DNA of 64,000 nt from Octopus sinensis (taxonomy: Eukaryota), in assembly GCF_006345805.1 (NCBI RefSeq), contig NC_043007.1, positions 64,418,001-64,482,000 of the forward strand. The letters run 5' to 3'. Within the stretch, counting starts at the first letter, position 1. Every line of letters starts with the position of its first letter. The translations under genes were made by a program, and so were the position numbers. The notes under the pieces are model-generated. The model saw only the letters and a program-made list of their open reading frames with translations. It did not search any database and had not been told where the DNA came from. Below are positions 25,231 to 38,844 of this stretch, one piece after another.

Positions 25231-27578
25231 TAGGGCTCGCAAAAAAAAACGATAATTCTCAAAACTGAGTTTAAGTATAAGTAATTCTCAAAACCGGTTT
25301 TCGCGGATTTAGAATGGTGTCCCTGTCACGAAGAAGTTTGTCGTGTATTGTATTTTGTTTATATACATACACAGAGAAAGAGAGAGAAAGCAACTGGTTG
25401 ACTGATATCCACAAATATGTTGATGGTGCCTGTATCTGTATCTATGTACAAACAGTAACAAAAAATAATGGTATTATATTTATTTAATCAGGAATGCAAA
25501 GTTTTTCCAAGTCGTATTTTTGAGAATCAGTCAAGTTTCTTGACTTGCTTGATGATTCACTTTCCTTCGAAAATAATCTTTTAAAGATAATGTAGAACGA
25601 CCGTGCAAAAGGAGAGGTGACGAATGAATGACTCTTTTAATACACCACACGGTCGCTTACAATAAAAGCGAAAATGGATAAATGAGTGCAAGTACCAGTA
25701 GGAAAATAAAAAGAATTTTTATTGAATAAACTTAATATTGTTGGCAACCCTTTGGCTCTAAATCTTCATGAAAGACTTATGCATAGATATAATAAGAGAA
25801 GAAATGTCGAAACCTTGACTCTCTTGAGATATTTACATAACCCAAGGAAGTTTAAAGGTGAATCAATTTCTGGATGTTTTCTTTTTTTAATGAAACAACA
25901 TTTAAGGAAGTATGCTGAACGAACATATAAGGAGATTATTTCCTGAACATGACGTTGAGAACACAACAGAATTATACAAAGAAAATGAAATAGGAGGGAA
26001 CCTAAAAACAAGTGTTACCATTGTCCCATCTACTTACGAAGGTAATGAACTCATGTGTGAATATACAAGCGCAAAGAAGAAAATGAAGAGCCCAAGATAA
26101 TAACAGATGGATTTGAAATCTCTAAAGAATTCGAATATTTTGAAGCAACTTCAAACTGAAGTGAAAAGCTTGAGAAACTTTATAGTGTCCAGTCGGAAAG
26201 AGCTTTTCCAATTACTGGACTTTTCAACACAAAAATTAGGACAAGTTTGTCAGGTAAAATACTGAATGCATTGTGTTTATAGCGGAAGCTTAGTGAAATT
26301 TTCTCTCTCTGTCATATATAACATAAATATGAACGTAGCAGATAACAGCTAGCCTTCAGCTGTTTGGACCCTGTTGTGTCCACTACTCTGATTGGTTGGT
26401 ATTGGCGCAATTTGTCTCTTGCTCTATTACGCGCCCATGTGCAACCCAACCAATCACAGCCTTCTGATAAGGTCCCGTGACACAGTCTTCTAAATTTCCC
26501 GTTGGAGCCTCCTAGTCTCTATAAAAGCTAGTCACAACAAACCATATTTCGTCTTTGGTTCTAGACCTAAGGTCTAACTACTGACCCAACGACCAATGAT
26601 TGTCTTTCCCATGAACATTTATGTCATATATCGTTTATTTTGAATTGATGTGTATTCATCCAATGTCAATGAGTAGCGAATCCCCAGCACTACTTCTTTT
26701 TCAAAATAAAGAATAAGTTCTTCTTTCTTGGTTATGTAATAATTCATTACCATATTCCAGACTCCGTTTGCAGATGTTGGTTGTAATTTATCATATTTGC
26801 CTCTCTGACTATGAAGATTTCTATGTATAAAATCGCTTTTGGCGATTGAATTGAAAGAGAATCCATTCAAAGCAGCTAACTTTGAAACTTCTTCTTCCAT
26901 TGATTTCTTTGTTAAAAAGTGTTCCATTGTTCTTGTCATTTTCACAGGAGGCTGGTTTGCATCTTGATTTATGTTGATTTGATGAATCAGAGACGTAGAA
27001 TCAGAGATGAATCAGAGACGTAGTAGATCCCCCAGAAGACTTTGTGATCTTATCACACTTATTGCATTGAATTTCATCTTTGCTTTTCCTGTCAAAAAAA
27101 TTCCAAATAGTTGATTTTCTTTTTATCATGCTAGGGCTAATGAAAATAATTAAGAAAAAATTTAGTTAGTGTTACTTCCTTGAAATGAATCTGGAACTGG
27201 TTATTACATATGCTCAATGGGAAAGATCATCTGACTGAAGACTAACAGCATCCCCTTGACTTGCTATGAATAAACTCTGTTACCTCCAAATTCAAAGAGT
27301 CAGCCAGGAGTTAGCAAAGGAAATGACAAGGTACTGATCTAAGGTTCAAGGGGAGAGAAGGTGAGAATTGATATGTGATATGTTTCAATGAAACCTACAG
27401 CACTCTCAACTAAAGGCGACCGACAACAGTTCAATTTCAACGATATTTCTAAAAGAAAAAATGGAGAAATGTTTTGCAAAAAAAAAAAAAAGAAATAGAA
27501 GCAGCAAGCATTAAAATCGGTTTTGGCAAATCCGTTTCAGGTTTACTGATCATGATATAAAACCAGTTTCGAGGCCTA
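25231..27578 (-). mobile_element. hAT (hobo-like) element with 8-bp TSD and internal inversion/deletion
   Basis: TSD CTAAATAC at 25223-30 and 27579-86. TIRs TAGGGCTCG / TAGGCCTCG and subterminal aaaaccggttt motifs. BED finger and first catalytic Asp (SLTLDEYTS) on minus at 27130-26585. Dimerization domain (QSERAFPITG...IRTSLSGKILNALC) on plus at ~25715-26283. Confidence 0.9.
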
Positions 27579-28299
27579 CTAAATACTAACCCTTAATTAC
27601 AATGTAACACTGCTATTGAAACTCTTCATACCTTTTTACTTTACTTATTTTATTAAAAATAGTAAATTTGTGTTACAACATTGATCAAAACAGTGGAAAT
27701 AAAGGAACTTATTTTGTTGTGTCTAGGAATCCAATACATAAAAGATGTTAATGGCTAGCAAATATACAGATTTCGTTTTGCAACTATAATATACTACCAA
27801 GTATATTCAAGGTTTACAAGTCAATGCCTTTTGTCTTAGCAGTGCGATGTTTTCATTTTTGAGTTTATCTCTACAGATAAAATTTACGACGTTTCTCATA
27901 TACAAAACGTTGTAACTTTCAGTGCTGGCTGTGAATTCTATAGAAAATTTGTAGAGATAAACTTAAAAAGATAAAGATGTGAAAGAGGATAACTGCTTTT
28001 GCTGAAACCTAAAATTGGAATGATTAGTAAACAAAAAAATTGAACTATTTTTCTCAGTGACTTTTATTACTTTATTGCATTGACCTTAACACCTTTCTTT
28101 CACCCCCCACCTCCATAAACTACAAATCTTCTATCTTTAACTATTTTCTATCATTTTACATATCATCATTGTCTCCTTAGAATGAGTACTGCTTTGTAAG
28201 AATTACTTGCAGAGTTTATTTAGTATATATTATGATGCTGAATTATGAGAAAAGAGGATAAGTTTCTTTTGATCACGCTTTGTTGATAATACTTAATAT

Positions 28300-29100
28300 T
28301 ATGGCACGTAAAAAGCACCATCCGTTCGTGGCCGTTGCCAGCCTCGCCTGGCCCCCGTGCCGGTGGCACGTAAAAGCACCATCCGTCCATGGCCGTTTGC
28401 CAGCTCTGTCTGGCACCTGTGCGGGTGGCACGTAAAAAACACCCACTACACTCACAGAGTGGTTGGCGTTAGGAAGGGCATCCAGCCGTAGAAACACTGC
28501 CAGATCAGACTGGGCTTCACAGACCCCAGTTGAACCGTCCAACCCATGCTAGCATGGAAAGCGAACGCTAAATGATGATGATTATGCATTACAATGTTTA
28601 CAATTGATAAATGGAGCAATAAACACTAAGGACATGAAAAATAGATTTTCTCAAATATTCAGAAGGCTCCCAAGAGGTACATAGTTTCTGTTTCCTAATT
28701 AGCAGTGGAAGATGTTCTGAAAGTATAGTTGCTGCAATATGAACTAGCTGGAGAAAGTTTAAAGAGCTGTTATCTCTATTGATAACAAAATGTCTTTCTC
28801 AAAGTGAAAAACATTTTGTATGGTGTTTATGCATGAACAGTAGTGCTACATGGTAGTGAAACATGTGCTGCAAATGCAGAAGACATGCAAAGACTAGAAA
28901 GAAATGAACATGCTCTGCTGAGTGTGCATGTACAACAAAGTGCAAATGTGTTGAGAGAAAGATTGGGCATAAAAGTTATCAAATTTGGTGTGCAAGTGAG
29001 AAGACTTTATTGGTATGATCATGTAATGCATATAGTTAAGAACAATTGCATTAAGAAGTGCTGATTGTTAAATATGGATAGAACTTGCAAAGAATACTTG
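28300..29100 (+). mobile_element. RTE 3' tail (28300-28585) and degraded RTE ORF end (28720-29100)
   Basis: Three ggcacgtaaaa units then the (GAT)n tail. MLHGSETCAANAEDMQRLERNE peptide. Confidence 0.85.
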
Positions 29101-30221
29101 CAGGATTTATATCTGGTTCTAAACCATTCGATGTTTGAAAAAATCCCATTATATTTTTATAATTAAATATTAATAGAAATTGTATAAAAAAATAGTTGAA
29201 ATATTTTGTAGAAGTATAACCAATTTATTGCTGATAAACCTTAGCAACAAAATCCTATATGGACTCCAGTTGAGAACCACTAATTTATATATTTACTATG
29301 TATCATTTCAGGGTCACCAAAATGTTGGAGGAGTGTTAACATGTTGATTTAAGAGAAAAGAGGGAAAATTATCTTCAACACATTATACTTTACAATATAT
29401 AATATACTTTGATAACACAACATTATACTTTACAATATATAAGAAGGACACCCCGGAAGATGTGGGATGACATAGTGAAGACTGACATCAGGTTATTGAG
29501 CCTCTTGGGAAGAGATGATAAAGAACCAAGATGATTGGTGATTTACTGTGCTTCATCCATCAGGGTGAAAGTGAGGTTTTAAAAGTATTATAGTTATGCC
29601 TGTACATATTAGCTCATGCACCCAATCTGCCTATATCAAGCATTCCCCCACATTTCACCATTCTAACACCTATCCCCCATCACTCTTCTAACTATGGTAC
29701 TACTCAGCTACTGTAATTGTTTGAGAGCTGAACAGTGCAGATTTTATTCTCCACTTACCTCCTTCTCCCCTTGGAACCACTTTTAAACTCATTCTCATTA
29801 TTATCCCTGTCCACATTACTTTTTACTAATCACTACTTTTCTGTGCCTTCTGTTATTTCTCCCTTCTCTCCAAGCTCTCTCCCTTAGGTCTGTCATATCT
29901 CATCTTTAACACCTCTGCTATCATTCTCACATCTGGCATCAGTGCCTCCCACCTTGTTGCCTCACTCTACCCACCCTGCACATTTCCATATTTTCCGATT
30001 TATACACAAATATATGACACTGCTGAGTTACAACACTCCTGTGCATACAAGGGGTACTGTTTAGCAGTCAAGCAGTCAAAACATTGGGACAAGCTTTGTG
30101 AATGGTTGAAATACCAGGGTGATTGAGGTACCATAGCATGATTTGTCATATTTTGATCTTAACTATAGTGATACTTAATTTAACTGTATTTAATTTGATT
30201 TTCCAGTTACAATTTGGCAGT

Positions 30222-30918
30222 ATGCTGGCAAAATACTATGCAAGAACTTACATCATCAAATTATATAATACCAGATATTTCTTCTTATGTTCTACAAGTT
30301 TGTCTAAACCAGTGAAACCTGAATATCAGGCAATTGTTAAACTAAATAAAGAGAACCGCCGTTTATATGGACCTTTGCTGAAATCTTATGGAGGTTTCAA
30401 TTCTTCAAAGAAGTCTATCAAGAATAATAAACCTGTTACATCTACCAAGAGTATTATAAAACCTGCATTTACTGGTACCAAAGAGTCTTCTTCAAAATAC
30501 CCTAAGAATAATCTAACTGAAAACACATTTTTAAAAGCTCTTCAAGAAAAGGATTTACTTTGTGAAAACTTTTCAGAAAAAACAAAAAAGTCAGAGAAAA
30601 ATATTACATCTCTTTTGGAAGATACAGATCAGCTTCAAAGTTTTTCTGATTCTTGTACTAAAGTTTTACCTGATAACTGGAGAGCCATAATTTCACAGTT
30701 CATATCTTCTAAGATGCTTATTGTAGACTCAGGAAAAACTGTTTTGGACAACACAGACTATAAAGATATTTTGGATACATTAATTGATCATAAAGTTCCA
30801 TCTGTGACATCTATACTACAACAAACACTACCACTGCAGAGCCAGATAATTTTACAGAGATGGCAAGCAAAAATGATTAGAGAACTTGGTGAGAAGAAAT
30901 TTTTAAAATATCAGCAAG
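30222..30918 (+). CDS. MGME1: MGME1 coding exon 1 (putative mitochondrial presequence plus start of nuclease domain)
   Basis: ATG at 30222. 'VPSVTSILQQTLPLQSQIILQRWQAKMIRELGEKKF' matches MGME1 'VPSVTRVLQQT...LERWKQRMILELGEDGF'. Donor CAAG|gtttgt, 697 nt. Confidence 0.92.
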
Positions 30919-32650
30919 GTTTGTAGAAATACATTTTTCTTTTTAAATAATTTTTATTTTGCAGCTTATATTTTGATGTGATGTTTTATAATATAACCAC
31001 TAGAAACACTACATTCAAAGGCTCTATGTATCATTTAGTTGTAAGTTTGTGTTTAATTTACTATATCTCATAAGCAGTAGAATCCACTCAGTTTTCTAAA
31101 CATTTTTCTAGTATCCAAATTTCTGGGATTTATTTAACACTTGATTTCAAAGTCTAAACTTAGTTCTACTTCCTTCAAATAAATTTTTTTTCTACTATTA
31201 TTGGTACTGAATAGAATAGCGTGATAATGAGATCAATGCACAAATGTCCTTATGGTGACACTGTCAGAGGGAGATGTTACTGTCTATGTGGTTGTTTGTA
31301 ACCTGTTAAGTATTCTTGAAAACTTTGTCTTCATGTTGTGATGTGAAGGATGATAAACTAGTGTGATGTCCTTTTACATTTTCCAAGTTCATTGAGAAAA
31401 TGTTAACTTATTTTTACTTGTGTAGGTAAGATTTTGAGCAAACAACATGAAGTGTGAGTTGCAAACAGATGCTGGCCTTTTGTTGCATTTCTAAGCTGAA
31501 AAGTTCATTATATGTATGTATATTAGTTCACTTAGGTGCTAAGATCATTTGGGAATGTTATCTCCAACTGATTCATTTCAAATAAAATTTTGATCTGGCA
31601 TTCAGTATTTTGGTATCTGTTACTGCGGAGGTAAAAATTACTAAAATTACATAATTCAACTCTCGGCTGCTGCTGCTGCTGATGAAATTTTATCTGCTAT
31701 ACTTTTTAGCACATCATGTTTTTATACAAGATGATTACCAAGCTTACAGCATTTAAAACATGTCCGAGTTAAGTTGGATGTGCATATTAGTTTTCATTAC
31801 AAAGGCTGCTTCAATTGCTAATAGCTAATTTCTACACAGCCTGTCAGCTTTTTGCAACATCACTGACTGCTTCGTCAGTGTTAAACTATGTCAGTTTGAT
31901 AGAATTTTGATCTGGTGTTCAGTGTTTGGGTGCCTATTGCTGAGGGAGCAAAAATTACACCAAAAATCATGTGGTACAACAATCCCATCCACTGGTGCTG
32001 ATAAAATTTTATCTGCTGATGTAATTTGTGCCTTTTAGCACTTAACATCTATATAAGATGATTTATTAGGATGATTACCACAGCTTACAGTATTTAAAAC
32101 ATGTCCAAGTTAAGTTGAATGCAAACTGATATTTGATACAAAGGCTGCTTCTGTTACTAATGTCTAAAATTTACCAAAGTTAAGTTTTAAGAGATGTGTT
32201 TTGCTTTTTTAAATGCATCTGCATGTTAAGGAAACAGTCATTAATTATATAACATCCTACAGGTTACACACATATTTAAAACTTAGATGGACTGCATATT
32301 TAAATCTACATTTTTATCTGGAATATAGTATGTCAGTTCATGAAACATTAACTTCAGTCAGTTGGCAAGTACCTATCCACTTGGTCAATTGCAAACCTTT
32401 TTATGTAGTGGCTTGTATCTTATTTTTTTATGAGTGATCTAGTGTATAGAATGTAAGAGGCACATTTCTTAACAGAGAATGAATGTTAGTTTAACAGAAC
32501 TGGTGAGATCATTTAAGATGGAAGACTGCTGAAAATCCAGACACCACATTGTACATCTGGATTTAATAAAGTCTAATAAATAAATGTTTTCTACAAAGTT
32601 CATTGTGATGTTAATGTCTAACATTTTTCTTCATTTGTTTTGTCTTTCAG

Positions 32651-32864
32651 ATTTAAAAGACAATGGAGCTAATTTCCATAATTTCATCCAAAACATTCTT
32701 ACGAAGACTATTACAGAATCAGATGTGAGCAATGAATTTGCTGCTTATTGGAAAAGCTTGCAAAGCATTTTACCTCTGATAAACAGCACTAAGTATGTTG
32801 AGACATTTGTGACCCACCAGTCTCTTTTATACAATGGAGTAATTGATTGCATTGGTTGTTACAA
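32651..32864 (+). CDS. MGME1: MGME1 coding exon 2: (D)LKDNGANFHNFIQ...LLYNGVIDCIGCY(K)
   Basis: Acceptor tgtctttcag, donor AA|gtaagt, 214 nt. G-x-x-F-H and G-x-x-D-C motifs of the MGME1 PD-(D/E)xK fold. Confidence 0.95.
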
Positions 32865-32894
32865 GTAAGTATGTGTGTGTATATATATATATAG

Positions 32895-33275
32895 TGGAGG
32901 TGCAATGACCCAGTGGTTAGGGCAGCGGACTCACGGTTATAGGATTGTGGTTTTGATTCCCAGACCGGGTGTTGTGAGTGTTTATTGAGTGAAAACACTT
33001 AAAGCTCCACAAGGCTCTGGCAGGGGGTGATGGCAAACCCTGCTATACTCTTTCACCACAACTTTCTCTCACTCTTTCTTTCTGTTTCTGTTGTACCTGT
33101 ATTTCAAAGGGGCAGCTTTTGTCACACTGTATCTTGCTGAATCTCCTTGAGAACTACATTAAGGGTACACGTGTTTGTGGAGTGCTCGGCCACTTACACG
33201 TCAATTTCACAAGCAGGCAGTTCCATTGATTGGATCAACTGGAACCCTTGTAACCGACGGAGTGCCGTAGTAATA
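32895..33275 (+). mobile_element. tRNA-derived SINE
   Basis: Head gcaatgacccagtggttagggcagcggactc...gttttgattcccagacc (A/B-box-like), family-specific body, AT microsatellite on both sides. Confidence 0.75.
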
Positions 33276-35426
33276 TATATATATATATATATAGATGTTT
33301 GCATTCATGTATGTTTATGTGCATGTGTGTGTTTATAAGGTCATTATCATTTTATGTCTGCTTTCCAATAATCCATGGTTTCCCATAATCCATGTTGGTT
33401 CTTATTTGTTGTGATTGCCCTCCTAAATGGGTCAGAAGACCATATCTTGCTTGTACATTTCAATGGTTTCGATGGCAGGATGTCCTTAATACCAACCCTT
33501 TTAATGTGTGTACTGGGTGTACCTTTTATCATGGCACCTACACTAGATAGATTGCTTTGTTCCGTGTAGCACTAAAGTTTTCTCTTCATCCCTTCTATCC
33601 ATTCATGATGAACATGACAGAGAAAGAGAGAGCTGGAGTGAGAGAGTAAATCAAGAGAAAGTATGAGTATGATGGGAGACACAATGTAGGAACAAGAGGG
33701 CAAAAAGGTGATAGTGGAGATGACTCATAGGAGAGAATGACAAGGAACTACTTGTAGGTTATTAGTAAGTAGATGAATAAAAAACTCTATGATTGATGTG
33801 ATGGAAGAAGAGGGTGTGATAAGGGGGAGGCAAGGCAATGGAAGAGAGAGAGTGATGTAAGTGACAGAAAGAGTGGAGAAGAACAATGAAATTAGGTGAT
33901 GGTAAGAGAGAGCAAGTGATGCTGCACGTAGCAGTTAGGATAGATGGTTGTAAATGAGGGTGGAAGATGTCTGTAAAACTTGACCTATGGAGAGAGCACA
34001 ATAGTAAAAGTAAAGAAGGGTGAGGGTATCAGATTTTTGGATATGGACAGATCTAATGCCATTGCTTGTTACACAGACATGATGGAAGAGAAGCATTGAT
34101 AAGAGATGGTGGTGTAAAGATTGTATATAGATAGATCCATTGCCATCTCATTACCTCAGCGATGTGGAACAGAATAGGTGAGTGTGTGAGGGATAGACAA
34201 GAGCATAATAAAGGGAGGGAAGTGCAGTAGACAGATGCTTTACATGAACATAATTGGCATATACAGATATATTATACACCTCATCCTCCATCACTCCCAC
34301 TTTTTTTAATGTCTGTTTTGCCATGCTAACATGGACAGGTGGGTTTTCTCAAGCACTGCATATTGTTACTTGTCAAAGTTCTTTGTCTTCTCCTTTGTGC
34401 TTCTTAAGATCAGGTTTCATCAATTCATTACATGTCTTCTTCACTTCTCTGTTTTCACAGGCTCCATCCACTTCAAGTTCTCAACAATTCTTTATACGAC
34501 TGACATTCTCAACAGATGTTACATACCTGCACCAATGCAGTCTTCTCTCTTGTACATTACATCAAATTCCTTTTATATCCAGCTTTTCACTCGCCTTATT
34601 TGTGCTCATTCATGCATGTTAACATTTCAAATCCAGCAATGTATGTACTCTTCATTTCTTTCTGGCCTTTGTAACTCTTTCACAATTAAGGCTCACATTT
34701 CATTACATTTTAGTATAAATAAATTACACTTTATACACAATCCTCATATAATCTGTTCTTTACTCTGAAAGTGAAGCCTTTTGTTACTTGTAGAGTAATA
34801 GTTCTCTGAACTTTCTCTTCTTTGTTCTTACTCTGGCTGTTATGTTTTCATAACATCCACCTCCACTGCTCATTAGGTCACCTAAGTAATAAAAGCTATC
34901 AATTACTTCTATAGAATCTTTGAAGTATTTAGAGGATATTTAGTGGATTTTATTTCATGTGCATTTAACCTCATTTGAAACCGACTTCCTCTGCCAGCAT
35001 GCTTGCAATTGCATTACACCTCTAGGGTATTCATAGTTTAGACTAGATGTGCTATGGAATTTCCATCCATTCTTTTTTGTATAGTAAGCATGACTTTTTC
35101 TTTTATAGTAGAAGGATTCTATCATCTTTCCTACAAACAAATGCTTTTATTTTTGCAAAGTTTACTTGAGACTTCTTGGTTGTAGGCTTTCTTTCTATGT
35201 TTAGCATTTCTTCACTAAATCTTTCACAAATTCATTTATAGGAAGCAGCTAAGCTTAAACACTTCTGTTATGGCTTGGAGCACTATAATAAGCGGGAAAA
35301 GACTAAGAACTGAGCTTTGATGAACTCTTATCTGCATGCTGAATTTGTCAGGTGTCCTATAATCAAATGGGATGTAGGATTCAACCATACACATATTACA
35401 ACTTAAGTAAGTTTTTTTTTTTCCAG

Positions 35427-35556
35427 AGATGCAGTCTATTTAATTGATTGGAAGACTTCACAAAAACCAAAACCACTTCTGAAGAATACCTTTGATAGCC
35501 CAATTCAACTGGCTGCTTATATGGGTGCTTATAATGCTTGCAATCTTAAAGATCAG
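35427..35556 (+). CDS. MGME1: MGME1 coding exon 3: DAVYLIDWKTSQKPKPLLKNTFDSPIQLAAYMGAYNACNLKDQ
   Basis: Acceptor (t)11ccag, donor CAG|gtaaga, 130 nt. Catalytic IDWKT and Q-x-x-A-Y-M-G-A motifs. Confidence 0.96.
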
Positions 35557-36743
35557 GTAAGAAAATTAGAAAAGAGTCATATTGAAATCACATATCTCTG
35601 TGTAAAAAAAGTCTGACTTTTGGAGGAATGTTTAGTATCTCTTACAGAAGAAATATTGAATACTCCTCGAATTTGTCAGTCACTGGTAAAGTACTTCAGT
35701 TTGATGGACAATAATAACTTATTGATACTGAAAAAGCTGTTTGTTGGCCTTGAAATAGAATATTATTTTGGATTGTCTTGTTTCCAGGGATAAGAAAACT
35801 AAATGATATGTTAAGAACTGGTTGAATTTCAGACAAGTTAAGGGTCATGGGATTGATAATAACCAGAAAGGTTTTTGGAGTATATGGCTCATTAACTGAA
35901 GTTCATTTAAACTTCTATCCTTCACATGACTCAGTGATATAAATATCATATTAAAACACAGCTCAGGAATGAGAGAGAAAGACAGAGAGAGAGAGAGTGA
36001 GGGAGGTGGGTTGGCTGGTCGGTCAGCTTTTTAATTGTAAGTGGCTACTACTTAATTTCAGAGAGATAATATTCTTACATAGCCATGTAGGTCCCTTAGT
36101 TGTAAACCAGAAAATGGCTAGCATTAGGAAAAGTATTTAGTTGTAATGCAATACCTCACTAACATTTTCATCTAGCCCATGATATTATGGAAAAATGCAT
36201 GTAAAATGAATGAGATTATCACATGAAGTGTTTCAAGGAACTGGGTTTGACCAATTTAAAATTCAGTATCCCTACCATCATTGAACTATACCAGTTTGCT
36301 TAATATACAAATGGGACCACAGAAGATTTGACCTCAGTGATTCTTTATAGTATATTGACACACTAGAAGGAGAAGATATTCTACAATGTCATACCTGCCA
36401 TGCTGGTTTTGAAGCTTTGAGGCCTGGACCTTGGCCTTTTTTTGCAATTTGATCTTTCTTTTAATCACTAGATATCATCAATCTGTGAAGCTGGGCGTAC
36501 ACACTCCTTCCACTATTACTAAGAGTGCCATAGATATTTATATTTACATACACACACACACTTGAAAAAATGAATAGAAATGGGTTTTTCTGATAATTTT
36601 CCCACTTTAATAAACAGATGTTTATAATCATCTAATTGTTAAAGTGGAAAAAATTATCAGAAAAGTAATTTCTATTCATTTTTTCAAATATATAATACTG
36701 TATGAAGGACTTTCTAATTCTACTATATATATATATATATATA

Positions 36744-37900
36744 TCATCATCATCATCATCATCATCATCATTTAGCGTCCGTTTTCCATGCTAGCATGGG
36801 TTGGACGGTTCTACTAGGGTCTGTGAAGCCAGAAGGCTTCATCAGGCCCAGTCAAATCTGGCAGTGTTTCTACGGCTGGATGCCCTTCCTAACGCCAACC
36901 ACTCCGTGAGTGTAGTGGGTGCTTTTTACGTGCCACCCGCACTGGTGCCAGACAGAGCTGGCAAACGGCCACGAACGGATGGTGCTTTTTATGTGCCACC
37001 GGCACGAGGGCCAGGCGAGGCTGGCAACGGACACGAAACGGGGCGGTGCTGGCAACGGTCGCGAAACGGAAAGTTCTCTTACATGCCACCGGCACTGGTA
37101 ACACATCTGCAATTTCCATTGATCGATTTCGATTCTGATCCTCACTTGCCTCAATGGGTCTTCACAAGCAGAGTTTCGACATGCCACCGGCACTGGTAGC
37201 ACATCCGCAATTTCCATTGATCGATTTCGATTCTGATCCTCACTTGCCTCAACACGTCTTCACAAGTAGAGTTTTGTGTCCCAAGAAGGGAAGGTATGCA
37301 TACGTAGGCTGGCTCCATCCCATGTAGAAGGCCACGGGTTGTGGACTCACTTGTCCTGCCGGGTCTTCTCGCGCACAGCACACTTCCAGAGGTCTCGGTC
37401 TCTAGTCATTTCCTCAGTGAGACCTAAAGTTCGAAGGTCGTGCTTCACCACCTCGTCCCAGGTTTTCCTGGGTCTGCCTCTTCCACAGGTTCCCTCAACC
37501 GCTAGGGTGTGGCACTTTTTCACACAACTATCTTCATCCATTCTCGCCACATGACCATACCAGCGCAAACGTCTCTCTTGCACACCACAACTGATGCTTC
37601 TTAGGTCCAGCTTTTCTCTCAAGGTACTTACACTCTGCCGAGTGTGAGTACCGGCATTACACATCCATCGGAGCATACTGGCTTCATTTCTAGCGAGCTT
37701 ACGCATATCCTCAGCAGTCACGGCCCATGTTTCACTGCCATGTAGCATGGCTGTTCGTACACACGCATCATACAGTCTGCCTTTCACTCTGTGCGAGAGG
37801 CCTTTTGTCACCAGCAGAGGTAAGAGCTCTCTGAACTTTGCCCAAGCTATTCTTACTCTAGCAGTTACACTTTCAGCACACCCACCCCCGCTGCTGACTT
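36744..37900 (-). mobile_element. Young 5'-truncated RTE LINE (open ORF 37347-37898)
   Basis: Uninterrupted frame VSSGGGCAESVTARVRIAWAKFRELL...RLYDACVRTAMLHGSETW...DLWKCAVREKTRQDK*. CpGs retained, (CAT)n tail next to (TA)n. Confidence 0.95.
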
Positions 37901-37929
37901 GTGTGTGTGTGTATATGTATATATATGTA

Positions 37930-38800
37930 TCATCATCATCGTTTAACGTCCGCTTTCCATGCTAGCATGGGTTGGACGGTTCAACTGGGGTCTGGGAAGC
38001 CCAAAGGCTGCACCAGGCCAGTCAGATCTGGCAGTGTTTCTACAGCTGGATGCCCTTCCTAACGTCAACCACTCCGTGAGTGTAGTGGGTGCTTTTTATG
38101 TGCCACCGGCACAGGTGCCAGATGAGGCTGGCGAACAGCCACGCTCGGATGGTGTTTTTTATGTGCCACGGACACAGGTGCCAGACGAGGCTGGCGAACG
38201 GCTACGCTCGGATGGTGTTTTTTACGTGCCAACGGCATGGAGGCCAGGCGAGGCTGGCACGGCCACGATCGGATGGTGTTTGTTACGTGCCACCAGCACG
38301 GAGGCCAGTCGATGCGGCACTGGCTACGGCCACGTTTGGATGGTGTTCTTATGTGCCACCGGCACTGGTACCACATAACTACAAATTCCATTGATGTTCA
38401 TCGATTTTGATTTGATTTGATTTGATTTTCACTTGCCTCAACAGGTCTTCACAAGTAGAGTTATGTGTCCCAAGAAGGAAGGTATGCACAGGTGGACTGA
38501 CTACGTCCCAGGTAGGGGCCATGGGTTATGGCCTCACGTGTCCTGCCGGGTCATCTCGTGCACAGCATACTTCCAAAGGTCTCGGTCTCTGGTCATTTCC
38601 TCGGTGAGACCTAAAGCGCAAAGGTCGTTCTTTACCACCTCTTCCACAGGTTCCCTCAACCGCTATGTATATGTATGTATATATGTATATATATGTATAT
38701 GTATATATATATATGTATATATATGTATGTATATATATATATGTATGTATATATATATGTATATGTCTATATATGTATATGTGTATATATATGTATATAT

Positions 38801-38844
<44 letters not shown>

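Noticed and set aside
27855-27969. 20-bp inverted repeat (19/20) with 75-bp spacer
   Set aside because: Probably a small decayed MITE. No TSD could be assigned, so it is not supportable as a named feature.
30123-30221. 5' extension of the 267-aa ORF upstream of the MGME1 ATG
   Set aside because: It begins at a TTG and crosses a pyrimidine tract and acceptor (30206), so it is mostly intronic.
32895-32975. tRNA genes (also heads at 13045, 51437, 56350)
   Set aside because: The A/B-box-like heads lack a complete cloverleaf and run into SINE bodies present in several copies.
33600-34250. Purine/pyrimidine-skewed tracts (also 20170-20400, 29590-30000, 50190-50540)
   Set aside because: Likely decayed retroelement UTRs. 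No motif was strong enough to classify them.
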